DNA from: a virus
Lineage: Duplodnaviria > Caudoviricetes
Virus record (IMG/VR): IMGVR_UViG_3300027833_000011
Length of the DNA: 64,000 nucleotides
Strand: one strand, 5' to 3'
The position numbers and the translations under genes are program-made. This document shows, piece by piece, positions 54,665-63,516 of the stretch. The notes beneath the pieces are model-generated. The model ran no database searches and was not told where the DNA came from. It worked only from the letters and a program-made list of their open reading frames with translations. Position 1 is the stretch's first letter. The number at the start of each line of letters is the position of its first letter.

Positions 54665-57505
54665 ATGGCTAAGAATATATTAATCACACCAAATAGAACA
54701 GGAACAGAGTCTCCTGAGATATTGTTAGTAAATAACGGTACTGTAGACTCAATCTTTACAATCGGTGAGAATCTTCCATTACTTATCGGTGAAGACGGAA
54801 CTCCGGCTGCTAGTTTTAGTTCAAACGGGTTTTTAACCCCTAACGGATTTAAAATTACGGGGTCGTTAAAAGTAAGAAATGGGAGTGGAACATCCGTTAC
54901 TGTATTAGATAATACGGGAACATGGACAGGTTCATTCACAGGAATAAAAGGATACCAAGGACCGCAAGGATATAAAGGTCAAAAAGGACCACAGGGTAAT
55001 ACGGGTGACTTTGGACCACAAGGTGACAGAGGTAACCAAGGTGGTTTTGGAGACAAAGGTTATCAAGGTGGACCTGGTGATAAAGGATATCAAGGTAACA
55101 TAGGACCAAAAGGACCAAAAGGTGTTATTGGAGATAAAGGTTTCAAAGGACTTAAAGGTAATTTAGGAACTCAGGGACCCGGTGGACCAATAGGTTCTCA
55201 GGGAGCACAAGGACCTACAGGGCCGAAAGGATACATTGGTAACCAAGGTGGTATAGGACCTCAGGGTAATACAGGACCAACGGGTGACGTAGGATATACG
55301 GGACCAAAAGGTGTTGTAGGACCAGGTGGACCTACAGGGCCAAGAGGTAACCAAGGAACACAAGGTATTTCACCTAAAGGACCAAGAGGTCCTCAAGGTG
55401 AAAAAGGTGTAACAGGAACTAAAGGTTTCAAGGGTACTAAAGGTATTACCGGTGGAAGAGGACCTCAGGGTCAGACTAACACAACCAAAGGACCGATAGG
55501 TTATAAAGGTGTTATAGGTACCAAAGGACAGAAAGGTATTATTGGTTCAACTTCACAACAAGGAGACCAAGGAAACCAAGGACCTCAAGGACCGGGTGGT
55601 AGTAAAGGAGTCATAGGTGCACAAGGTGCTACAGGTGATATCGGTGTTACAGGACCAAAGGGACTTAAAGGTAATGTTGGTGCTAGAGGATACCAAGGAG
55701 GTCAAGGAGGCCAAGGAGCTCAAGGTGGTACCACTAAAGGTAATAAGGGTATTACAGGACCTAAGGGTTATAAAGGTGGAAAAGGACCTGCAGTTGCTAA
55801 TGGACCAAAAGGACCAATAGGAGGAAAAGGTATTAAAGGTGTTTCTAATGTTAGAGGAGCACAAGGAAACCAAGGACCAAAGGGTTATATCGGTATTAAA
55901 GGTGTCAAAGGTGGTGTTGGAGATAAAGGTATTACAGGACCGGGTGGACCAACAGGACCTCAAGGTGTTCAAGGTGTTCAAGGTGATAGAGGTGGAACGG
56001 GTACTTCTTATACGGGTAATATTGGAGACAAAGGTTACCGAGGAGCACAAGGATACCAAGGACCTCAAGGTGGACAAGGACCTCAAGGTGGTAATACTAA
56101 AGGTTACGTAGGTAATCAAGGACCTACAGGACCAGGTGGACCGCAAGGACCTACAGGTCAAAAAGGAGCTACAGGTAATACCGGTGGTGGTGGTGATAAA
56201 GGTTACATTGGAGTTAAAGGAAACAAAGGTGTTAAAGGTTATCAACCACAAGGACCGGGTGGACCAACAGGACCACAAGGACCTACAGGACAAAAAGGTG
56301 TTACAGGACCTACAGGACAAAAAGGTGGACAAGGAAACCAAGGTGTTAAAGGTAATGTTGGTGGGAAAGGACCAAAAGGTTATCAACCACAAGGACCTCA
56401 AGGTAATAAAGGTATCAAAGGAAATAAAGGGGTAAAAGGTAATAAAGGGTACAAAGGTACCGCTACCGTTTCGTCTTTACCTAAAGGAGACAAAGGTCTT
56501 AAAGGATACAGACATTCTACAGGACCAAAAGGTTATCAACCACAAGGACCCGTTGGAGACAAAGGTTATACAGGTGGACCTGGTGATGGCGGACCTACAG
56601 GACCGGGAGGACCAACAGGTGGAAAAGGTGTTAAAGGTAACATAGGTGGTCAAGGTGCCAAAGGTAATGCTGGTGACACAGGTTATCAAGGAGCACAAGG
56701 ACCAAAAGGTGTTAAAGGTAATGACGTTTCTACTAAAGGACCTAAAGGTAATGTTGGAGCTAAAGGAGCTACAGGACCTACAGGACCAAAAGGTTATAAT
56801 GGACCAGGTGGAGACTTGGGTGACACACATCGAGGACCAAACGGACCTACAGGACCACAAGGTCCCCGAGGACCACAAGGTGGAGGTGGAGATAAAGGTT
56901 ATGCTGGATATACTCATTGGGTTAATTCAGGTAGTCCAAAACCGGTAGGACCTAAAGGTTTTAAAGGTACCAAAGGTGTCAAAGGATATACAGGACCTAA
57001 AGGTAATAGAGGTAATACAGGACCTAAAGGTTCTCAAGCACCACAAGGACCAAAGGGACTTAAAGGACCTTATACATTGGCGGCAACTCAAGGACCGATT
57101 GGTGACGCTGGAGCTTCAGGAAACACTAAAGGTTATAGAGGACTTCAGGGACCTAAAGGTTTTCGAGGAAACAAAGGTATTAAAGGATATGCCGGACCAG
57201 CTTCTGATAGAAGAGCTAAGACTAATGTTGAGTTAATTACTGATTCGTTAGACAAAGTATCTAAAATTAGAGGGGTTGAATTCCTATGGAAATCTGATTA
57301 TAAACCTAAAACTTTAGAAACACCAACGGATATTGGGGTTATTGCACAAGAGTTAAAAGAAGTCTTACCTGAATTAGTTATTGAAGGTAATGACGGATTC
57401 TTAAGAGTAAATTATCCACAAATCACATCTTTATTAGTCAATGCGTTTAACGAACAAAACAGTAAGTTAAATATGATTAAGAAAGATATCGATTCGATGT
57501 TATAA
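54665..57505 (+). CDS. Collagen-like fibre protein 3 with an S74 chaperone
   Basis: Gly-X-Y ~54941-57200; SDRRAKTNV..IRGVEF.W..GVIAQEL..VNY. Confidence 0.92.
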   Translation: MAKNILITPNRTGTESPEILLVNNGTVDSIFTIGENLPLLIGEDGTPAASFSSNGFLTPNGFKITGSLKVRNGSGTSVTVLDNTGTWTGSFTGIKGYQGPQGYKGQKGPQGNTGDFGPQGDRGNQGGFGDKGYQGGPGDKGYQGNIGPKGPKGVIGDKGFKGLKGNLGTQGPGGPIGSQGAQGPTGPKGYIGNQGGIGPQGNTGPTGDVGYTGPKGVVGPGGPTGPRGNQGTQGISPKGPRGPQGEKGVTGTKGFKGTKGITGGRGPQGQTNTTKGPIGYKGVIGTKGQKGIIGSTSQQGDQGNQGPQGPGGSKGVIGAQGATGDIGVTGPKGLKGNVGARGYQGGQGGQGAQGGTTKGNKGITGPKGYKGGKGPAVANGPKGPIGGKGIKGVSNVRGAQGNQGPKGYIGIKGVKGGVGDKGITGPGGPTGPQGVQGVQGDRGGTGTSYTGNIGDKGYRGAQGYQGPQGGQGPQGGNTKGYVGNQGPTGPGGPQGPTGQKGATGNTGGGGDKGYIGVKGNKGVKGYQPQGPGGPTGPQGPTGQKGVTGPTGQKGGQGNQGVKGNVGGKGPKGYQPQGPQGNKGIKGNKGVKGNKGYKGTATVSSLPKGDKGLKGYRHSTGPKGYQPQGPVGDKGYTGGPGDGGPTGPGGPTGGKGVKGNIGGQGAKGNAGDTGYQGAQGPKGVKGNDVSTKGPKGNVGAKGATGPTGPKGYNGPGGDLGDTHRGPNGPTGPQGPRGPQGGGGDKGYAGYTHWVNSGSPKPVGPKGFKGTKGVKGYTGPKGNRGNTGPKGSQAPQGPKGLKGPYTLAATQGPIGDAGASGNTKGYRGLQGPKGFRGNKGIKGYAGPASDRRAKTNVELITDSLDKVSKIRGVEFLWKSDYKPKTLETPTDIGVIAQELKEVLPELVIEGNDGFLRVNYPQITSLLVNAFNEQNSKLNMIKKDIDSML

Positions 57506-57528
57506 TTCTTTTAATAGTTTATTAATTT

Positions 57529-57558
57529 AAAACCCTCATCATAAAGATGGGGGTTTTT
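57529..57558 (+). terminator. Terminator closing the fibre operon
   Basis: aaaaccctcatc-ataaa-gatgggggtttttt. Confidence 0.8.
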
Positions 57559-57623
57559 TATTTACTGATACTACAGGTTTGTTATATTTATTAATATAAT
57601 AAAAACTTAAAATATATAGTATT

Positions 57624-57746
57624 ATGGGATGTGGATGTAAAAAGAAAAAAACTGAACAACCAGTTCAGACACCAAGACAAACAAACGAGGAGATTAAAAA
57701 TCAAATTAAAGTTGTTGTTAACAAATATAATAAATTAAAGAAATAA
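57624..57746 (+). CDS. 40-aa MGCGCKKKK microprotein (not in the ORF track)
   Basis: Hand translation MGCGCKKKKTEQPVQTPRQTNEEIKNQIKVVVNKYNKLKK; TATTTAT at 57585. Confidence 0.6.
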   Translation: MGCGCKKKKTEQPVQTPRQTNEEIKNQIKVVVNKYNKLKK

Positions 57747-57768
57747 GATAACGACTATATTTATTAGT

Positions 57769-58863
57769 ATGATGTTATTAAAAATGGTTAAGGAGATAAT
57801 AATGGACAACCTAAATGAAGGTACATCGTCCGATTATGAAACGCTTAGAAAAGTCTTTAAATATGATACCGAAAAGTTATACGGTTACTTACTTAAGAGA
57901 GGTGACTTAGACTCTTTTATTAATGACATTATCAAAGACGATAGTGACGAATCTAATGAGTTAATGAAAAATATTCTACACGGAATAATATCGGAGAAAG
58001 ATGTTGATTCGTTGTATAAATATACTTTACCGATTTTCTCTGACTTAATATTGAATCGTAATGAAATTATTATGGAATTAAACGGTAGAGAAGATTTGGC
58101 TAAATTCTTTTATCATGACAGTAGTATGTCTGAAGACACTACATCATCAATATTATCGGGGGAGTATGATGAACTTTTTTATAATGGATATAATTCAGGT
58201 AAAAGTGAAATGTTTTATTACCTTAGTGATTTAACTGACAAAAACATGAAATATTTAAAAGATTACATGGTCGATGAGGGGTTAAATAAAGAAGTCAATT
58301 ATAATGGAGATAACGAAGTATTAGAAGAATTGATTGGTAAGGATGATAATATCTTAACCAAAGACTGTTTTGATGAGATTTTTAGGAGTGAGGATAATAT
58401 AATTGATGCGTTATATAGTATTGATTTATTTGAAAGTATAGAAAACAATGTCTCTAACTCCTATGATAGAGCACAGATTGCTGCTATGGAAACTGAATTA
58501 TATAACAATCTAATGGGTTCTATTGAAGATTTTTTTGGTGGTCAGGGGGAATTTAAATACACAGAAAAGAGTGAATCATACAAACAGAAATATCCTGACA
58601 AAAATCACTCACCAACGACAACGTATGTGATAAAGATTTCGGAACAGTTATATTCTGATGTGATACATTGGTGGATTGAAGAAATCAGTGATTCCGGAAA
58701 TTCTATTGGATACTGGGGAGATTTTGAAGATGTATTAGAAGAATATTGTAATGACCATCTATCGTGGAGGGATTCAATGAGGTATAGTTTTCCTGAATAT
58801 GCTGACAGTAAACTATCTTCTGATTATATGAATGAATCTTTTATGGATGATTTATATTATTAG
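57769..58863 (+). CDS. Acidic hypothetical protein
   Basis: 364 aa, D/E/Y-rich; TATTTAT at 57758. Confidence 0.75.
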   Translation: MMLLKMVKEIIMDNLNEGTSSDYETLRKVFKYDTEKLYGYLLKRGDLDSFINDIIKDDSDESNELMKNILHGIISEKDVDSLYKYTLPIFSDLILNRNEIIMELNGREDLAKFFYHDSSMSEDTTSSILSGEYDELFYNGYNSGKSEMFYYLSDLTDKNMKYLKDYMVDEGLNKEVNYNGDNEVLEELIGKDDNILTKDCFDEIFRSEDNIIDALYSIDLFESIENNVSNSYDRAQIAAMETELYNNLMGSIEDFFGGQGEFKYTEKSESYKQKYPDKNHSPTTTYVIKISEQLYSDVIHWWIEEISDSGNSIGYWGDFEDVLEEYCNDHLSWRDSMRYSFPEYADSKLSSDYMNESFMDDLYY

Positions 58864-59426
58864 TCAAATAAAGATACTAACTTTTCCTTTATTACCATAC
58901 TTTTTACTGAATTGACATAGTTTTCTGATTCTGCGTATGAACGACTTAAATAGTTGTAGTACTGTTCTTCAGTTTTTAAATCTTTAAGGTATGTGCTTTG
59001 ATAAAATGCATAATCTAATACTGATGAGACCCAATCAGAATAATATGCGTGGTTTCTATTAGTTCCCAATGCGGTATTCACTCTAACACGAGCTTCTTTC
59101 ATACCAAATAGGTTATGGTTCTCAATGAATATATCACTTTCCCAGTATCCTGTTTCAACCATTGATTGTGCCATTACGATATGTGGAAACTTAATATTAA
59201 GACTCTTAAGTTCTGTTACTAAATTTTCTTTTGAAAAGTCATACGATTCATCATTAACACTCATTAGTATAATTTCTTTTTCATACCTATCAACTATTGG
59301 AGACTTAGAGTATCTACCATAGAAAAATGATATAATGTTTGTGAGTAGTAATAGATATAAGACATGTAATAGTCTCTTTTTGACGCTAACAAACATCAAT
59401 TTTTTCTTATCGTAACGATATAACAT
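58860..59426 (-). CDS. GH73 glucosaminidase (peptidoglycan hydrolase) with an N-terminal TM
   Basis: IVMAQSMVETG..NHNLFGMK..AYY..W..SV.DY..SYAESENY. Confidence 0.85.
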   Translation of the reverse strand: MLYRYDKKKLMFVSVKKRLLHVLYLLLLTNIISFFYGRYSKSPIVDRYEKEIILMSVNDESYDFSKENLVTELKSLNIKFPHIVMAQSMVETGYWESDIFIENHNLFGMKEARVRVNTALGTNRNHAYYSDWVSSVLDYAFYQSTYLKDLKTEEQYYNYLSRSYAESENYVNSVKSMVIKEKLVSLFD

Positions 59427-59531
59427 ATAAGGTCTTTATTTTTTGTTAATGTGATTGTAATTTAAAAGTGTTAAAATAATTGTATAAAGTCAAATTAATA
59501 CATATTTATAGTATATAAACGACTGACTAAC

Positions 59532-60632
59532 ATGTGGAAAAACAAAACAGTAGATAAGATATTTAAGTACTTTGGGTTCGACACTTCGGGTAGTTTTACT
59601 AATGACGAAGAAAAATCGGATAAACGTACTTCTGCCATTAAAAAAATGGAGATGTATGGTAAAATACCCAACGAAGTATTCCAAAAAGTAATAACATACG
59701 ACGACAACGAAATACAAAGAGAAAAACGTGCTGCTGAAGCTAAAAGAAGGGAAAGAGAGAGACTTTTAAATATTAGGGCAACAAAAAATTCAAATAGAGT
59801 GAATGACTCTTTTTCTGACGATTTACCAGCAAAGGCGGTATACCAATTCTTAATGGATGAACAAGTATTATCTTACGATGAGAATGATATCGATTCGTTT
59901 AAAAGTGAAAGAGAAGAATTACAACTCAAATTAAAAAAGATTAATACGAAATTAGAAAAATTAAACGGCTCAAATAACACATCGACTAAAGTTACCGATA
60001 TGATTGATGAGTTAGAAATTAAAGTAGACGAACTTGAATCTAAAATTGATGAGTTAACAGATGATATTGAAAGTGAAGACATTTATGAGACTTTATATGA
60101 AGATGACTGGACCCATTATGGGTTAAGACATTTTGAGACCGACCACGGAGATTATGCGGTTGGAATTGAATCCGAAGTTGAATCGGCGGCTAAGGAAAAT
60201 ATGGAGAGTTATCTGGATGAATTAGGTCTTGAGGGTATTAGTAGTTGGGTTGTTACTAACAACTTGGATGAAGATTCATTAGAAAAGGACTTAAAACAAC
60301 ATTATTATGAGTATTATAATGATGACGTTCGATATGATTTAGAATCATGGTTTAGTGATTATGATGAAGACGACGAAGAAACACACCCGAGTGAAGATGA
60401 TATTGAAGAGAAAGTTGATGAACTTGTAGATGATAGAGTTAGTGAGCTTTTAGATAATTTGGATGAAGTGTGGGAAAATGGGTATAGTATTTCAGATTAT
60501 GTTGATATGGATGGTGTTGCCGATGACATAATACAGGCAGACGGATATGGTCACGTACTATCAAGTTATGATGGAAATGAGAACATAGTAGAAATAGATG
60601 GGGTAGATTATTATATTTTTAGAACTAATTAA
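59532..60632 (+). CDS. Coiled-coil protein with an extremely acidic C-terminal domain
   Basis: Heptad segment followed by a D/E-rich domain ending DGYGHVLSSYDGNE..YYIFRTN. Confidence 0.75.
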   Translation: MWKNKTVDKIFKYFGFDTSGSFTNDEEKSDKRTSAIKKMEMYGKIPNEVFQKVITYDDNEIQREKRAAEAKRRERERLLNIRATKNSNRVNDSFSDDLPAKAVYQFLMDEQVLSYDENDIDSFKSEREELQLKLKKINTKLEKLNGSNNTSTKVTDMIDELEIKVDELESKIDELTDDIESEDIYETLYEDDWTHYGLRHFETDHGDYAVGIESEVESAAKENMESYLDELGLEGISSWVVTNNLDEDSLEKDLKQHYYEYYNDDVRYDLESWFSDYDEDDEETHPSEDDIEEKVDELVDDRVSELLDNLDEVWENGYSISDYVDMDGVADDIIQADGYGHVLSSYDGNENIVEIDGVDYYIFRTN

Positions 60633-60633
60633 T

Positions 60634-62139
60634 ATGTTAAACGAAGGAAGAAAAGAAAGATTAATAGCTAAATATCCAACATCTGAAGAGTTATTGACAG
60701 ACTACTTAAGTAATTCGGATATACATAAAAAAACTAACTACAAATACGCTGATTGGTATTTAACACAATACTTCGAAATTGGTAGTATGGAAGATATTCC
60801 TGAAATCGAAGATGGTGATGAGATATTAGAAAAATTCGATAGGTACCGTAAACATTTAGAAAAAAAAGATATTAACCAATATGAAACAATTGGGGAGTTA
60901 GCCGACGCTATTAGTGACTATGAACGTAAAAAACCTGTTAAGGTTTCAGATGACGAGTCCGTTAAGTTGGTTGACAATGAAGATATTATAGTTGTTAGAC
61001 CACTAACACATAATTCGTCTTGTAAATATGGTTCAGGTACTAAGTGGTGTACTACACACAAAGATACTAAGTATTTTACGCAATACGACGATAAGGGTAA
61101 TTTATATTACATACACAACAAACAGGTTGAGTCCGACAATCCTTTTTACAAAATAGCCGCTTTTATTAGATATACGGGAGATGAAGAATGGTACGATGCG
61201 TTAGATAAAAGAATGTCTGACGGTGAAGTTAAACTTGCTAAGTTGTTAATCAAAAAATACACATTAGATTTAATTAAAAATGATATACAACAAACAATAA
61301 CATCTATGAAATCGGAAACTTCTAATTTCCGTACAGAAGAATCAATGGTTAATCACGCCATAGAAACTTTAGAGGATAGGTTAGACTTTAGTTATACGGT
61401 GGAAGAGACTAACAATAGTAAGTATGGGTATGGTGAATTACCTGTTTGGTTTGAAGTTAATGGTGAGTTAGGTGAAGTTTTTGGGGGTACTATTTTGGAA
61501 ACGTTTATGATTGGAACCAGTGACCCTACAAAATATACGGGAGTGGTTTTAGGTCAAATGAGGATTGATGTTAATACGGAAAGAAATGAGTATAAGGTTA
61601 GTTATCAGATAGATTCTACATCAGGTATTTTTGGAGACCAAGATGAGGAAGAAAAATACCCAATCTTAAGATATGTTAAAGATATACACACTTACGGAAT
61701 GAGAGGGGATGACTTTAATTTTAACAATTGGTATGAGACGTTAATTCGTTTTAGTAATAAATTAGTTAATAACCCAGTAACGTTGAAGGCGATTACCGAT
61801 AACGTTTTTTGGTCTTCAAATAATGTTATGTCTACCTATAAATTTAATCGTAGAGGACCATTAACCAATAGTATGATAAAATACTTAGATGGTTTAGGTG
61901 ATAAGTTAGGTAGTAAACAAGATTTTCTTATTAAGAGTGGTAAAGTTAAGAAAGGTGATAATGGTGAGTTCACATCACCTAGTGGTGAATACCTAAATAT
62001 CGGAGGATACTTCTCAACATTCTTTGCATCACTTAAAGATGCTGGTATTATTAAATATGTTAGAGAAGGTAGAAGATTTATGATTACTAAGGGAGATAAT
62101 TATAAAGCATTTAAAGAGGGTAATTTAAGAAGAGTATGA
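60634..62139 (+). CDS. Phage protein with an SCKYG.GTKWCT..GNLYY domain (same motif family as 24425)
   Basis: KDINQY..L; VRPLTHNSSCKYGSGTKWCTT..YDDKGNLYYI. Confidence 0.7.
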   Translation: MLNEGRKERLIAKYPTSEELLTDYLSNSDIHKKTNYKYADWYLTQYFEIGSMEDIPEIEDGDEILEKFDRYRKHLEKKDINQYETIGELADAISDYERKKPVKVSDDESVKLVDNEDIIVVRPLTHNSSCKYGSGTKWCTTHKDTKYFTQYDDKGNLYYIHNKQVESDNPFYKIAAFIRYTGDEEWYDALDKRMSDGEVKLAKLLIKKYTLDLIKNDIQQTITSMKSETSNFRTEESMVNHAIETLEDRLDFSYTVEETNNSKYGYGELPVWFEVNGELGEVFGGTILETFMIGTSDPTKYTGVVLGQMRIDVNTERNEYKVSYQIDSTSGIFGDQDEEEKYPILRYVKDIHTYGMRGDDFNFNNWYETLIRFSNKLVNNPVTLKAITDNVFWSSNNVMSTYKFNRRGPLTNSMIKYLDGLGDKLGSKQDFLIKSGKVKKGDNGEFTSPSGEYLNIGGYFSTFFASLKDAGIIKYVREGRRFMITKGDNYKAFKEGNLRRV

Positions 62140-62831
62140 TAATAGATTGGTTAGAGAAGGGTCCTTTAGATTTAGAGTACAAACAATATAAATTATTGGC
62201 GTATCTAAAAGAGGTGGACCAAGATTGGAATCAATACTTATTATACCCACACTTAACAAACGTTGTTGAGTACAATAGATTATTAAATCTTATCTCAAAA
62301 AACAAATCAGAAATTGAAGAGTTATTTCCAAAAGAAATGGTTGGGATTGACTTAGAAACTAAAAAGATTATTTACGAAGTTAAACAACAACCCAATGAAA
62401 AGATGGGTGAAGACATTCAAGAGATTATTGAATGGGGAATTAGCAGGTTAGACGAATATAGTCAGATTGGTATTATCATATATGAAGACATAGCTGAGGA
62501 TATAATAGTTGAAAGAGTTGGGTTAGAAAGTAACGTAAAGGATGAAGGTTATATAATATTCAATGGGGATACGGTTAAGGTGTATTACTTTAATATCGGC
62601 AGAATTATAATGGATGTTGATGGAGGTAGATTTCTATTTACTAAGAAAGTTAAGGAGTTTAAAAGAAAAAAATTTCAAACAACTAACGACATAAAGTTAG
62701 AAATTTTAAAAGAGAGTACTCACTTGTCAATACCTGAATTTTATAGTGTTGAGGGACATAGACCATATCCGTTAGAGGAGACTGTATTACCTATGGTTAA
62801 AAGAAAAATAATGGTATACTCTAAGAATTAG
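62136..62831 (+). CDS. Hypothetical protein, Bacteroidota-like (W...PLDLEYKQYKLLAYL..LYP)
   Basis: 231-aa ORF; motif recognition only. Confidence 0.6.
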   Translation: MIIDWLEKGPLDLEYKQYKLLAYLKEVDQDWNQYLLYPHLTNVVEYNRLLNLISKNKSEIEELFPKEMVGIDLETKKIIYEVKQQPNEKMGEDIQEIIEWGISRLDEYSQIGIIIYEDIAEDIIVERVGLESNVKDEGYIIFNGDTVKVYYFNIGRIIMDVDGGRFLFTKKVKEFKRKKFQTTNDIKLEILKESTHLSIPEFYSVEGHRPYPLEETVLPMVKRKIMVYSKN

Positions 62832-62853
62832 TAATTACTATGTATTTATTAGT

Positions 62854-63132
62854 ATGAAAAAGATGTTTACAGGTATTAAAAATTGGATGAGAGACCTTTT
62901 AAGAGATGGTGATGGAGCACCGTCATCTAAAAGAATTATGGGTCTATTGTCGGGTATTAGTTTATGTGTGGCATTGTTCTTAAATGTTATCTTAGGAAAA
63001 CCTGTTGATTCTACTTTAGTAAATGCGGTCGCTGCTTTAGCTTTCGGAACATTAGGATTAACATCGGTTGAAAAAGTATGGTCATCTAAAAAAAGTGATG
63101 ACAAAAAAGAAGATACTCCACCTCAGGAGTAA
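62854..63132 (+). CDS. Two-TM holin-like membrane protein
   Basis: PSSKRIMG followed by two TM helices and a charged C-terminus. Confidence 0.55.
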   Translation: MKKMFTGIKNWMRDLLRDGDGAPSSKRIMGLLSGISLCVALFLNVILGKPVDSTLVNAVAALAFGTLGLTSVEKVWSSKKSDDKKEDTPPQE

Positions 63133-63145
63133 GACTACAACAAAT

Positions 63146-63176
63146 TTTGTTTTTTAAAATAAAAACCGTATCTTTG
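63146..63176 (+). promoter_or_regulatory. Bacteroidota sigma70-type promoter
   Basis: TTTG ending 63149, 19-nt spacer, TATCTTTG 63169-63176. Confidence 0.7.
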
Positions 63177-63198
63177 TATTCTAAAGAATAGATAAGAT

Positions 63199-63516
63199 AT
63201 GGATAGTATATATGCGAGTTTACCACACCCAGATGACTTCGAAGAGTATTTGAATGAGAATAAAGAATGGTATTTTAATTTGATTTACACAAAAATAAAA
63301 GACAATTTTGAGGGGGAGAAACTTGAAATTATTGAATTAATGACATTCACTTTCGAGGATGATGATAGTACCGTATTTGATATAACAGTCAGTCAGGAAG
63401 ATTTCATTCTAAATTTAGGGAATTGTTTGAATCATTATGAAGATGTGGAGGATTATGTTACCTGCTCAAAAATTAATAAATTAATTAAAGAAATTGAAAT
63501 GTATTATGGACTTTAA
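63199..63516 (+). CDS. Hypothetical protein with a C-terminal UVR-like motif
   Basis: YEDVEDYVTCSKINKL resembles E.E.YE.CA.I..L. Confidence 0.6.
   Translation: MDSIYASLPHPDDFEEYLNENKEWYFNLIYTKIKDNFEGEKLEIIELMTFTFEDDDSTVFDITVSQEDFILNLGNCLNHYEDVEDYVTCSKINKLIKEIEMYYGL

Noticed and set aside
49162-57236. Many overlapping ORFs on the opposite strand and in alternative frames inside the collagen genes (e.g. 50332-51102, 55553-56401)
   Set aside because: These are shadow ORFs caused by GGN-NNN-NNN periodicity, which suppresses stops; they give low-complexity T/F/S/W/R or K/D/L/V sequences and have no promoters.
42028-57505. Diversity-generating retroelement or invertible tail-fibre cassette
   Set aside because: There is no reverse transcriptase, no template/variable repeat pair differing at adenines, and no invertase or flanking inverted repeats in the window.
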